20,000 nucleotides of DNA from Patellaria atrata CBS 101060 (GCA_010093705.1 MU006098.1:534780-554779); one strand, 5' to 3'; numbered from the stretch's first letter, positions 1 to 10,354 are shown. Notes: generated by a model from the letters alone, not told the origin. Translations and numbers: made by a program.

Positions 1-206
1 CCATTATTCTGTTTGGAGTTCTGCCGTTGGAGTTGTAACGCATTTGCGAGCGCTTTCTCGTGCGTTCGTACGAAGTATGCAAGGTTCTATATGAGTAAAC
101 GATTAGTTACATTGTTTCTTGAAGAAGAACCAGGCTGGATGGTGGAGCAAGAAGACTGATTCTTAGAATATACCTTTATGAACGCTTGCCCGTCCTCCGT
201 GTCCAT
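1..206 (-). CDS. Conserved fungal leucine-rich repeat protein, 5' part only (exon 1 206-174, intron 173-87, exon 2 86 to window edge)
   Basis: Manual splicing: ATG at 206 in GCCATGG context, exon 1 MDTEDGQAFIK, GTATAT donor at 173, ACTAAT branch ~107-102, TAG acceptor 89-87, exon 2 NLAYFVRTHEKALANALQLQRQNSKQNN. I recall the N-terminal motif MDxEDGxxFIKxLAxFVRTHEKALANALQ from a conserved Pezizomycotina LRR protein family; the LRRs themselves lie outside the window. Confidence 0.8.
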
Positions 207-418
207 GGCTCCTAGAACCATGACAATGTTTACTGCACTGACATTCCGGGCCACCCGGATAGTGTGTAAGTTTTCTAACGGTTAAGGCAGGTTGAAGGAA
301 GAGGTGGAAGGGAGGTATGCTGTATGAAGGTGTACGCTCGGGCCGCTGGTGTGGTGTATAAGGCTTCTGAGACAACGTCCACACGCGGATATCCCCAATG
401 ACTATTTCAGAACAAGTG

Positions 419-480
419 CTGAGCAAAGCAAGTTAGTCATGATGATTGCGTAGAGTCTTTACCATTATAGAACTTCATAC
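419..480 (-). other. Probable 62-nt 5'-UTR intron of the LRR gene
   Basis: Minus strand: AAG|GTATGA donor at 480, GACTAAC branch ~438-432, pyrimidine tract TTGCTTTGCT, CAG acceptor at 421-419. Typical fungal intron size. Confidence 0.5.
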
Positions 481-1311
481 CTTGAATTGAGAGTTATACG
501 CTTATACTTGTAGTAAATTGAAGCACCTGAGAAAAAAAAGAGATTGTGGGGTGAGCAAAGGGGAATTGTAGCAAAAAAGACGTCTGAGGTGCTCTCGCAA
601 ATAAGACCAATAGATAGGCAAATTTTGAGGGACGGGCAGCGGATGCAGGCTGCAAGCGCCTCACGAATAGGTGTTGACGTTCCAGACACTGGAAGAGGCC
701 GCAACCCACTAATTCTAAGCGCAAGAGCTGAACTGTTGCCGCTTTGTTTCCAATCAAATGCCAAATGGAATATAAGAAGTAGGGGAACGAAGCAGGTAAA
801 AGATTCAGTTGTAAGCTTCCACGGAAAAAATCGAGGAGGTTAGGGAAATAGAAGAGTGGTTGATGATCCCCGCCAGAGTTGACGGACGTCGCGGACGGGG
901 CACAACGGCGTTGTTCGCGGAGGGGCTCAAAAACTTCCTTTTCAGTGAGGGTTATAGAACTGGAATAGACACTAAACGATGCAGAATGCCCCTTGGGTGC
1001 CTTGTCTTCCCGCTTGGAGAGTAAAGGTAAGTTTTAGCTTTTACTGCAGTTACAGTAACGTGTAAAACAAGTGTGATCTCCTAATGGTACGTTTCCCCAA
1101 GCGACAAGCGACGAGATACGATCCTCACAGATAACCTGCAGCACCACCTGATATAAAGGTAGGTCGGCAAAGAGGCAAAAGGGGAGGTAGGGGGGGGTTG
1201 TATTGATGTAGACATACAGCAGGTATGATTAATGCAAAACCAAGTCTACCCCGTGTGAGAGGGAGGTGTGTTCTGGTGATCAACTTGAGTCGGAGGAAAG
1301 TCTTGAGTATG

Positions 1312-1346
1312 CATCCTCTACATCCTCTACATCCTCTTACATCCTC
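1312..1346. repeat. Short tandem repeat, ~4 copies of CATCCTCTA (9-bp unit)
   Basis: catcctcta catcctcta catcctctta catcctc read directly, followed by a C-rich degenerate tail. Confidence 0.8.
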
Positions 1347-1499
1347 ACCAACCCTCACCCCCTCCCCACTCCCCTCGAGTTTTTGATAACTTGCAGTCGT
1401 ACTTATCCAATCACAGCGTCGAGAAGCTCCCGCCCATTCTTGCGGCGCTATGCTTCGCATGCATCAGTTTGTTTTAGCGTAGAGCAAGCTACTCCCAAC

Positions 1500-2030
1500 T
1501 TCAACTCCAAACACTCTCATATACTGTGCTGTCATACAGATCTTCCTCCCGACCGTCATCGACACTTGAACCTCCACTCGGCTCGCTCGGCGGGGAGAAC
1601 TCCTTCACATATGGATTGACAATAATCATCTTCTCATTTCGTCCTTCTCCTCTTTTCAACAACGACACTTCTTCTTTTTGCATAATCCATTATTCAAAAC
1701 GGGCTTCCAACTCAGCTTTCTCACCGCTAAGCGTTTCGACATCTCATGTATATGGATGGCTATCTCAAGCAGACCAAGAACATACCCTATCCTTGCCGCA
1801 TTCCGTTCAGAGTAAGCCAAACCATCTCTGGTGTAGCCTTAGCTCATGCATGAGGTTTCTGCTTGTCTTCGCCCTCTGGCCGTCATCTCAAACCCACATC
1901 AATCAGGGGGACCGTGGGCCAATAATGCTTCCAAACATATTCCACATAGATCATCATGGAAGTCCTGTAGCTCGAGTGAATTTACACGAAGGAAGCAAGG
2001 GACGCGAGGAGCCGAGGACGTTTTAAGAAT
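1500..2030 (-). pseudogene. Possible decayed coding relic with a CxxC (RING-like start) segment
   Basis: One minus frame reads SLELQDFHDDLCGICLEALLAHGPPD*...*GYTRDGLAYSERNAARIGYVLGLLEIAIHIHE. After a frameshift it reads DVETLSGEKAELEARFE*WIMQKEEVSLLKR. Protein-like but interrupted; no full RING pattern recovered. Confidence 0.2.
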
Positions 2031-2958
2031 GACTTATCTAAGACACCACTGAGTAGTGATTGACGTTACTGACCCATTCCGTCAGTGGAGATTACTGAAT
2101 GAGGACGAGGCCACTGTCATGCTTATAACTTCTTCAGACCATACCGTTACACAGACGCGCTCTCATGTCTCTCCGCAAAATTATCACATGGGGGCGCACG
2201 GACCTTGTCCATGATAGTGGAACGCGCGATGAGAATACTGCGAAGAGAAAGACCCTGAGGCGGATGAGGTTGCCGGGATACAAGAGATGGCGTTAATCTC
2301 ATGCCTCGAAAAGATCTAAGCGACGGCCTTATCATCCGTAAGAATTGCTCTTGCAAAAATAATGTTTCTCCTACGCCTCCCACATCTCACAAACTCAAAC
2401 TCTATCTGGATGTTACTTTGAACAGATCTCACACCTTAGATTAATAGGCTCTATATGCCGCATGATCTATAATGTGGGGTGCGGCTACCGCGCTGGTACT
2501 CAACTTTCCCGGTCCCTTTGTTTATCATGTCCCGTTTCACTCCCCTGTGCAGCACTTACTACTATTCTCTAGGACCATCACTCTCCTTGGGGCGAATAAT
2601 AATGGATTGTCCCACCGTGATGGAACCCCAGCGAGCTCTTTCGGGCGCTGACGGGGCACGATTCGTTCCCCTTCACACTTCAGCTGCGTAATGACATAAT
2701 TCGGTCTCTGCACAGTTAGTGTGAACTCCGGTGCGGATTGAACTGTGATTCAACTATCAAGACACAAATTATGATACTCAATGGGTTTCTCGTCGTCTTC
2801 AGTATCTTCCACTTTCCACTCCGAAATATCAGTTTTACACACTAGACTTAGGAAATGGGGCATTTTATTCCGGCGGAAACTTGCCGCGCTTCGTTCCATC
2901 CCACTTTCCTCTTTGGCATTAGGCTCACGTTGATCCGAAATGCGGATCAGTTGGTTTT

Positions 2959-3014
2959 TAGTTCTAACCGAAGTCGCTAGTTCTAACCCTAACCCTGTTC
3001 AACCTCACCCTAAC
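2959..3014 (+). repeat. Short interstitial telomere-like (CCCTAA) tract
   Basis: CTAACCCTAACCCT at 2983-2996, an 11-bp direct repeat TAGTTCTAACC (2959-2969 and 2978-2988) and a degenerate CCTCACCCTAAC at 3003-3014. Confidence 0.6.
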
Positions 3015-4596
3015 TTGAACTCGAGATAGTATTAGCTTATGACGATACCCCATTCTCGCTATCGTAAACGAAAGCTTGATCACTATCCGGCTATCCGGTC
3101 CTATATCAAATTCACTTCCGCCAGCCAGTAGAGCTGAACCTTTCGTCAACATCGCCTCAGGGAAAGGGCGAAGCATAACTTGATTTTCCCTTCGCCAACA
3201 GCTGTATGTTTCCAAAACAGGTCACTTCATCACAGTATTATCCAGTCGTTGTATAGATTAATCTAGCGACGGGCAAGTAACCATCTTCATACTTGTATGC
3301 ATATACACTGTCATATCCTATTCTGAAGTAATTCAAACTTTCTCGTCAGTTGGAGAGTAAAAGCTCAAGGGTAAAGCAATATAATAGATATCTTACAAAC
3401 CAGAAAGATACGTTTTCTACTTTAGTTCTCTCTTTTCAAGTTCAAGTTCTACGCGTGATCAATTTTTCCAAGTCAATACAATCCCAACAGTCTGTAACAC
3501 CTCGATGGGGTACTTCATGCAGATCTCAAGTATCAGATCCGGATAACACGGGTGAAGACACTTTACGGGAACTCAATCATAAATCTTTGTATTTGCAATC
3601 ATCACTTCCCCTCGCCATCTGTCACAAGTCGAAACCTACCTGACGACACTTTCAAGTATCGCTGTTCTTTTTGAATGTCAAAGAAATATGGGCGAACTCT
3701 TCAAGGTCTCTTTTGCTCTCTTCTCTCTAAAGGCGACAGAGTAGAGTCTAGAATCACCCAGGAACGGGAACCTATAGCTAACGCTTCCGGCCTCCTTCTA
3801 TTCCTATTACACATCCCCGTTTCTATTTGAATTCTATTGTCCCTATATTACCAGCGACATTATGTAGAATATCATAAACGATTATACGATGGATCACAAG
3901 AGAATATGAGAGTGTAATATCATATAGCAGGTGGAGAGAATTCAATAAGTCTCATCCTTTTTCTCCTTTCCTTATTGTATACGTCAAATAATAAGTCACG
4001 GGTGAAATACACACTCCTCATCCACTACCCTATTACTCCCCAAGCACGCCGTACTCTCCCCAGTAAATCCCAGCTCTCCTTAAACTCTTTTGCAGTGCTT
4101 CCGAATTCAGCTTATCCAGCTACGTCCATCGCCTTAACAGACTAGACAAGAACTCGGTCAGAAAGAGGAAGGGATATCTCACTCCCACGAGCAATAAAAG
4201 CGTAAAGTTGAACAGAAAAGAAAGTAAAAATTACCAAAAGAGTACACTTATCTTTCTTCAAGGGCAAGGGCCAGGAATCCCCGCCCGAGTTGGCTTTTGC
4301 TTCATCTTCGTGCTATGGTGAAGTCGGTTGGTGAGACTCGGATAATGGACTAAGGAAATATGGTGCTTTGGTATCGCATTGGGAGGGGATGTGGCGGATC
4401 GATTTATTTGAGAGTGTTGTTTACGGAAAGTTACCTGCTATAGGGGTTTGGATACGTTAGTAGGTACGGTTATTATAATGTTGGGGATCATCGAATGTGT
4501 TTTTGCTTCATATGGGTTATATTGGAGAGCATCGTATTATCTGATTACGCCATTTCCTTGAGATACTCTCTAGTAAACAGCGGTACGAGCTGATGC

Positions 4597-5927
4597 GCTT
4601 AAACTGACCTTTGCGAAGCATTTCCACTTTGGTATGTCGTTCGTCTTATCCCTCTGAAAGTTAGTCTAAGGGATGTTACTTCATGTCGGTCATTATCATT
4701 AATTTCGCTGCTGTACTGCCCATGTTGATTATATCTAAAGAGTTAGCTCATTTTGAAATCTATATTTATGCAATACCTTTACTGCATAAGGGACGTAACT
4801 CTTTTTTGAATGCATTCCAGCGAGATTGATTTCCACATTGGTGCTTTACCTATACAGTACGCTCAGTCCCGATGTACATCCCAGTTATTCTTCCCGGATC
4901 TCAACCAGCCAGAGCCACTCTCAAGATGCAGGAACCATTTCCTCTCCTCGTTCGCTCGATGACTATGGCTTCTTCGATATTGGATTGAACCTCTCCGGAG
5001 TCCCCGGTTTTGGCAACGTTTTCCGGAAGGTATGTCAGGTCGTTTTGAAACTCTGCGATATTACCGGCAATATGTTTCGTGGCTTCTGAGTATATATCAT
5101 AACTGTGCAGACCTGTCCCAATATGTGCGAAACCTCTTGGATGTTCTGAGATGCAACGCCATATCGCATGCTATCGAAGGAACATCCAAGATATCGAAAT
5201 CCGTAATTCATCAAGCAACCCGTAATAATCGGCCAGTGCCGTCAGCTCCGCCATGCAATTGAGGTATTCAATAGCGCTCCACGAGGCTATAACCGTCCCT
5301 AGACCGTAGAGGAGTCTAAAGAGAAGCTTGTGAGATACAATAGAGTATCGTAGATAGTCCTCTTGTGTTATCTTCTGATCTTCAAATGACTACCAACTAT
5401 CTTGTCTGCTAGATAGTGATTCAAAGAAGAACTGGAATTTGCTACTAGAAGTATCGTCCTCACCGTTCGTCAGATTAGTTGTTTCCGGGTTTGTTGGTCT
5501 CTGCATGAGCATATTAGTTTTGACCCCTTTTATCTCCTAGGGGAAGCTGCGGTCTATCTCTGTAGTGAGTAGATAATATAAAAACCCATTACGCTGAACG
5601 TCCGAGTCCGACAGTGCAACTTGCTCCTGCCCTTGAGCTATCGACGGTAAGTCGATAGGTCGTTATAGAAGTGGATTCTTCAGTTAAAGGATCTTCGACT
5701 GCATTCCTATCAAGACACTGGTTCCAACCCCCGTTTAGACCTCCGGCAAAGAAAAAGTATTCCTTCAGTAATCCTGAAGGAAAGAGGAACTGATTCCCCG
5801 GAGTGTCGGAAATGCAGGTGCGTACATCTCCGTTAACTACTTGAAGAGGATCAAGCTCGATTTCAAAAACAGGCGAATTCTGGTCTATAGTTGCGCCATG
5901 GTTGACACGATCCATTGCTTCCGCCAT
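4597..5927 (-). pseudogene. Pseudogenised tandem paralogue of the 9179-7315 BTB-like gene
   Basis: Colinear homology to the intact gene. LDPLQVVNGDV..LKEYFFFAGGLNGGWN vs LDPVRIDKGDV..LKSYSFFAGAFKGYWN. DYLRYSIVSHKLLFRLLYGL vs DYERCSITAHKIIFRLLYGL (14/20). LADYYGLL vs LADFYGLL. SYDIYSEATKHIAGN vs SFDIYADALKHQAGN (10/15). Weaker match KWKCFAKVSL (~4629-4600) vs KWKPYFTNVNI. Lesions: frameshift near 5635, intron-1 donor reads AT at 5557, TAG stops at 5392-5390 and 5173-5171, more stops and frameshifts below ~4940. Confidence 0.85.
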
Positions 5928-7314
5928 GACACAGATATATAATTGATAAATAATGAATCAGAGTTGATTAGGTACCATGGTTGAACTGTATTTATATAGG
6001 TGTTTGAAGTGCTGTTATAATAATATATCGTGTGGGCAAATATAGAAGGGGAGAGACTAAAGAGAAAAGAGTACGACCCGGACGTATATCCAACTCGGGG
6101 GTTACTTCGGTTTGGACCGACTGATGCAGGTTTCCCACATGGAAAGACTTGATACACCTCGCTGCAAAAGTGCACGTAGCTGTAACAACACCATTGCACA
6201 ATGTTTCATTTGAGGATCATTCACTGTCCACCTCCGAAACTGAGCGTGACATACCGATAATGAGCACCGGAATTAAATAGCAGAGAGAGTCAGGTCACCG
6301 TCGATGTAAAAGGGGTCATGACGATAACCTAATACACCTGAACATGCTTTTATATACGTAGGGGTACTAACTGGGCAGAATAGTTAAGCAAACTGCGTCA
6401 TTGAATTTGACATCAATTATCCAAACACTAAACTTGCCTGATGAACAGTCCCATATTGACCAATAGGTAGTTAGCAACTTAGTGGGCTCCTGTGTTTGTT
6501 GTCCAACTAATGCAAGGCCAATCGATATACCTTATTGAAAACTACCTAGCACCATACTCTGCATGACCAAGCGACAAGACTTCGAATTCTCGGTAAAGAG
6601 ATTGGCTATAGGTGTGATAAGATAATCTTTTGATGGCCTTCTAGTAAATGGATATCGCTGGATGTGGAGTGTAATAACAGGCAAAATTGATAGAGGTAAA
6701 AACACCGCGGAATCGAGAAATGTCTGTCGTATGGACATACCAACCACTTATTCCGAACCATTACGCTTTCATAAGATACAGGCAGAGTGTTAGCATGAGG
6801 GCTGACTGGGAATCGTTAAGATGATCACCTCTTGAAGCTGTGGTGGAGGAGGATGATCCAAAAATGTGAAGGAATTCGGTCAGGAGAGGTTGATGCTAAG
6901 ACACTGAATTTGATAGAGGGTAAATCTCCGCCCCGCTCCTCATCTCCGCCAAAACACAACCCGAAAGAATGACTGGAATGATATCGCACTGTGCGTATTG
7001 ACGTCGTCCAGGAACTGTGGCTCGCAGATGTACTGGCGTGAACGGCAGCTGCAGGCATGATCATGACATGTTGGCAATCGCTAAATGTGTTGTTCAGTTG
7101 TTGTATCATGAGTTATACCGGAGCACACTGTCTCATCTACTATACTAATAAACCTAAGATATACACCTAAGGGTTTACTTCCTTCTCTAACCTGACTTAA
7201 TCTTACAACCCAAACTGATGCAAGGTAGTCATCCATGCGGAACTAAACCGTACGAACTGGTCCTTGGACTACATGGAATCCGTGTGAAGTGGCCTTCCGC
7301 TTTGGTAAGTGATT

Positions 7315-9179
7315 TCATTGTCGTCCATCGAACATTTCGACTAACGATAGCCACTCCTTAGTAGCCATGACCATCATCTCTCCTCGAGCTTTACAAGCAT
7401 CTACGCTCTGCTGACTGTTCTCGTCGGAGAAGTAGTCGCAGTTTTCCCGCGTAATGTTGACATTGGTAAAGTATGGTTTCCACTTTCTATTATACCTTGC
7501 CGGCTCGATGTATCGAAATATCCCTCTAATAGCGTCTCTCGCCGCATGGAGCAGACCTACAAGCTCCTTGTGAAGTTCCTGTTCCGCCACATCGTAACTT
7601 CCTTGTGTAGTCAGTTTAAAGGTTCTCTGAAGTACAGCAGCTGCGTAGCGCCCGAAACAGGATGTATCGTTCCCATCCGCGTGTTTTTTGATCATGTTAC
7701 ATGTTTTGCAAAGAAGCCTTTCTCAGTGCGTTAGTCGAAGACGATATGAGCAGGTGGGACGCAAATGCCACTTACGCCATCTGTAGCCACTCCTGACTAA
7801 CGAGAGAGGTGCATTGTTCCTCACTCCTAGTAGATATCCCGCTGAGGTGTCGGGCTAGAAATTCGTTAAAGACACCTCTCGCAATGAAGGATATACGATG
7901 CGCGTCGGTGATCCTCCCTTTACACTCCATGAACATTGCTTTCTTTTCAACAATCCAGACAGTCTTCCCGGACTGGCTCTCGTGCTCAAACTCGCCCGTA
8001 GTGAGGCAGAGCTTGTTGAATTCGACTCTGATTTGGTTTGCCATTTGACGTAATTCAGCACACCGCTGTTCGAGAAACATAGCTTCCTTGAGCCCGAACT
8101 CTGTGTCATTCGCATCTTGCTCTTCACATATATTCTTGCAATAGCTTAAAAGGGGCCCTTCATCTCGAAATCCATTGCCAGCCTGGTGTTTTAGAGCATC
8201 CGCATATATATCAAAGGATCGAAGGGTGCGCCCTATGTAGTTAAAAATATGCGGCCAGCAGGATACGGCATACCAAATTTGTGGCCAGTCTAAGATCAAT
8301 TTCTTAATCGGTCCTCGCAAGTCGCTTAGAAGCCCATAGAAGTCGGCAAGTGATATAACCTCCAACATACAACGGAAAAACTCGGCCGAGTTCCATCGTT
8401 TTAATACTACATCGAGGCCATAAAGAAGCCTAAAAATTATCTTATGCGCCGTGATGGAACACCTCTCATAGTCATCGCGGTAGATATAAGCTAACGGATG
8501 ATCATAAGGTACTTCAAGAGCTATTATAGAGTTATGAAAATGCATATAGTCCAGTCTTCGCCCAGCATGCGTTTCATAGTGGAATTGGCGGTGTAAATGG
8601 ACATCCATAGGTTTCTAGATTACCCTTGTTAGTGCACGCGCGTCAGATAGTGTGTGCTGGGATTATTACCTCAGCGGTAAGCTGGTAATATGTAGGTACT
8701 CTCTCGTTTGGTAATTCGTCTTCTTCCCAAGGAAAATACCAGTCATTTGGAGGTTCCAGACTCTTCATTATGTCAAATTCTTTCTTTGACCTGTCAGTAG
8801 AGAGGCAATATTTTGTAAGGACTACCCCATGATAATTCCCTGATGCTCTGACTTCTTTTGTATCAAGGAGAGCCCTATTCCAATATCCTTTGAAAGCCCC
8901 TGCGAAGAATGAATATGATTTCAATATATCTGACGAGAGAAGAAGCTGGTCTTCCGGTAGGCTTGACAGCGATATCAGAACATCTCCCTTATCGATTCTA
9001 ACGGGGTCGAGTGTGACTATCCAGGGGATATGATTCTTGTCTTCTAATGGACGCAAATCAGGGTCGAGGTGCGAAAGAGGCAGTTGGCCGTCGACAGATT
9101 TATCTTGATTGCGGTCTATATCTGCAATTTTAGGGAATTCATCGGTACCGAGACTATTTGGTCCTACAATACTAGACAT
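7315..9179 (-). CDS. Uncharacterised ~583 aa fungal protein with a BTB/POZ-like N-terminal region (exons 9179-8670, 8614-7776, 7717-7315)
   Basis: Three ORF-track ORFs join in frame. Intron 1 8669-8615 (55 nt; GTAATA, CACTAAC, TAG; phase 0). Intron 2 7775-7718 (58 nt; GTAAGT, GACTAAC, AAG; phase 2). Total 1752 nt. GDVLISL..QLLLSSDILKSYSFFAGAFKGYW and LADFYGL resemble fungal BTB-like proteins (domain call is inference). Conservation with the adjacent pseudogene supports coding status. Confidence 0.85.
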
Positions 9180-9878
9180 GTTGAATGCAGCAGGCGGGTG
9201 TACAGCGGTAGTGCTAATAGAAGTTGATAAAGATTGTGTTGCCCTAAAACAACTCTATGTATACTTGGAATGTTCTCTGTTCGTTATTGCACCAGACTTG
9301 AATATATAGGAAAGAAAAAATAAAATAATGAAGTAGATACCAAGTCGAAGGTGGATATTCATTCTGTAAACCGTGGTTGACCGTCAAAGACAGCTGGAGA
9401 GTTTTCATATGTGTATATTCAACGTATTTTACTGTAAAGGCTGGTTGGCGTGCGCATAGCTTCGCACTGAAGACCACGGTTCCTAGATTATCCCATGAGT
9501 CTCAACTAAGACATAGTGACAGCGAGTATGTCAGGTAACACTGACATTCGGAATTCACTCGATCATACCTAAGGGATGTGACTATTAAGAATGAGCCGAA
9601 GACACGACCTGATATAAGATTCGGTACTGCGAAAAACGTGTCATTGACAAACGCACACACTGAGTGTCATAGAAGGTCTTGTGGTCCTCTCCATACATTC
9701 TGGGGCAGAAGGTAGCAATCCAGGTATAATTTTGTCTATGTTCAGCCCTCAGCGTGCTGACACCGCGTGTCAAGCTATCCGGTACCAAGCTCTTTGAAAC
9801 TCTAATTCACAATTGACAACAAGGGTTTTAGTTATGAAAGATTCAAAGCCAAGTTAGGTTGTTGAGATAAAATTCTTC

Positions 9879-10093
9879 CCATGACGTTACCAAATGTTTG
9901 GTTGGTTGACAGGGACTTATCCAGTGGTAAACCTAGCCATCCTTCAGGCCGATCGTATCACCTCGGCTGCTCTCTCAAAGGTTATGGTTTTGCTGAATCT
10001 CTGAGAAAGAATACTAATAGATATTGGGATAATAAGAACATGAGCTTGATATGGAGCTGGTAAGGAGAGCTGAAGACTACCATGACGTTACCA
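9879..10093 (+). repeat. Exact 14-bp direct repeat CCATGACGTTACCA (9879-9892 and 10080-10093)
   Basis: Two identical copies read directly, 201 bp apart; each contains TGACGT. Confidence 0.75.
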
Positions 10094-10309
10094 GCACGAG
10101 CGTACGAAGTTGAAATTTAACTTGCTTCGCTTATTGTACTGTACAGGAATTTCACAGAGAGAAAACCATCATTCTTCAATCCAAGAACTGATTGGTCACG
10201 TCCGCTCTCGTATCTCAGAGTCATGGATGAATTATGAAGAAGATGAAAAATGAGTGAGAAGTGATCGAGGAGACAGTGCCGAGACGCTAGCATTACAGAT
10301 CCTAGTATG

Positions 10310-10354
10310 TCTCCGCCCCACCCATCATCTCCGCCCCGCCCATCATCTCCGCCC
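10310..10354 (+). repeat. Minisatellite, 2.5 copies of an 18-bp unit TCTCCGCCCC(A/G)CCCATCA
   Basis: Units start at 10310, 10328 and 10346. In the frame from ATG 10307 it reads MSPPHPSSPPRPSSPP. Confidence 0.8.

Noticed and set aside
266..290. Plus-strand GTAAGT...CTAAC...CAG intron-like motif
   Set aside because: Only ~25 nt, too short for a fungal intron, and antisense to the local gene.
163..843. ORF-track ORFs 163-426, 465-764, 494-757 and 544-843
   Set aside because: Non-ATG starts, no recognisable motifs, and they overlap the leader and promoter of the spliced LRR gene.
3950..4330. Minus-strand protein-like reads with TAG/TAA stops (VKAMDVAG*AEFGSTAKEFKESWDLLGR)
   Set aside because: Two frames look equally plausible and no family is recognisable; not supportable.
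5171..5173. In-frame UAG at a conserved Trp as a target of restorative A-to-I mRNA editing (UAG to UGG), as known in Sordariomycete sexual stages
   Set aside because: The same copy also has a frameshift near 5635, an AT in place of the GT donor, another TAG and further 3' lesions. Editing one codon could not restore it.
6438..6480. CTGATGA as a hammerhead ribozyme core
   Set aside because: No stem II followed by GAAA and no compatible stems I/III.
6532..7109. ORFs between the two BTB-like copies as a third paralogue
   Set aside because: None of the shared family motifs (GDV, FFAG, FRLLYGL, LADxYG, KHxAGN) could be found in any frame I read.
9528..9547. Isolated perfect hairpin ATGTCAG/CTGACAT (similar ones near 2068-2086 and 10591-10620)
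   Set aside because: Single 6-7 bp stems are expected by chance in 20 kb and have no supporting context.
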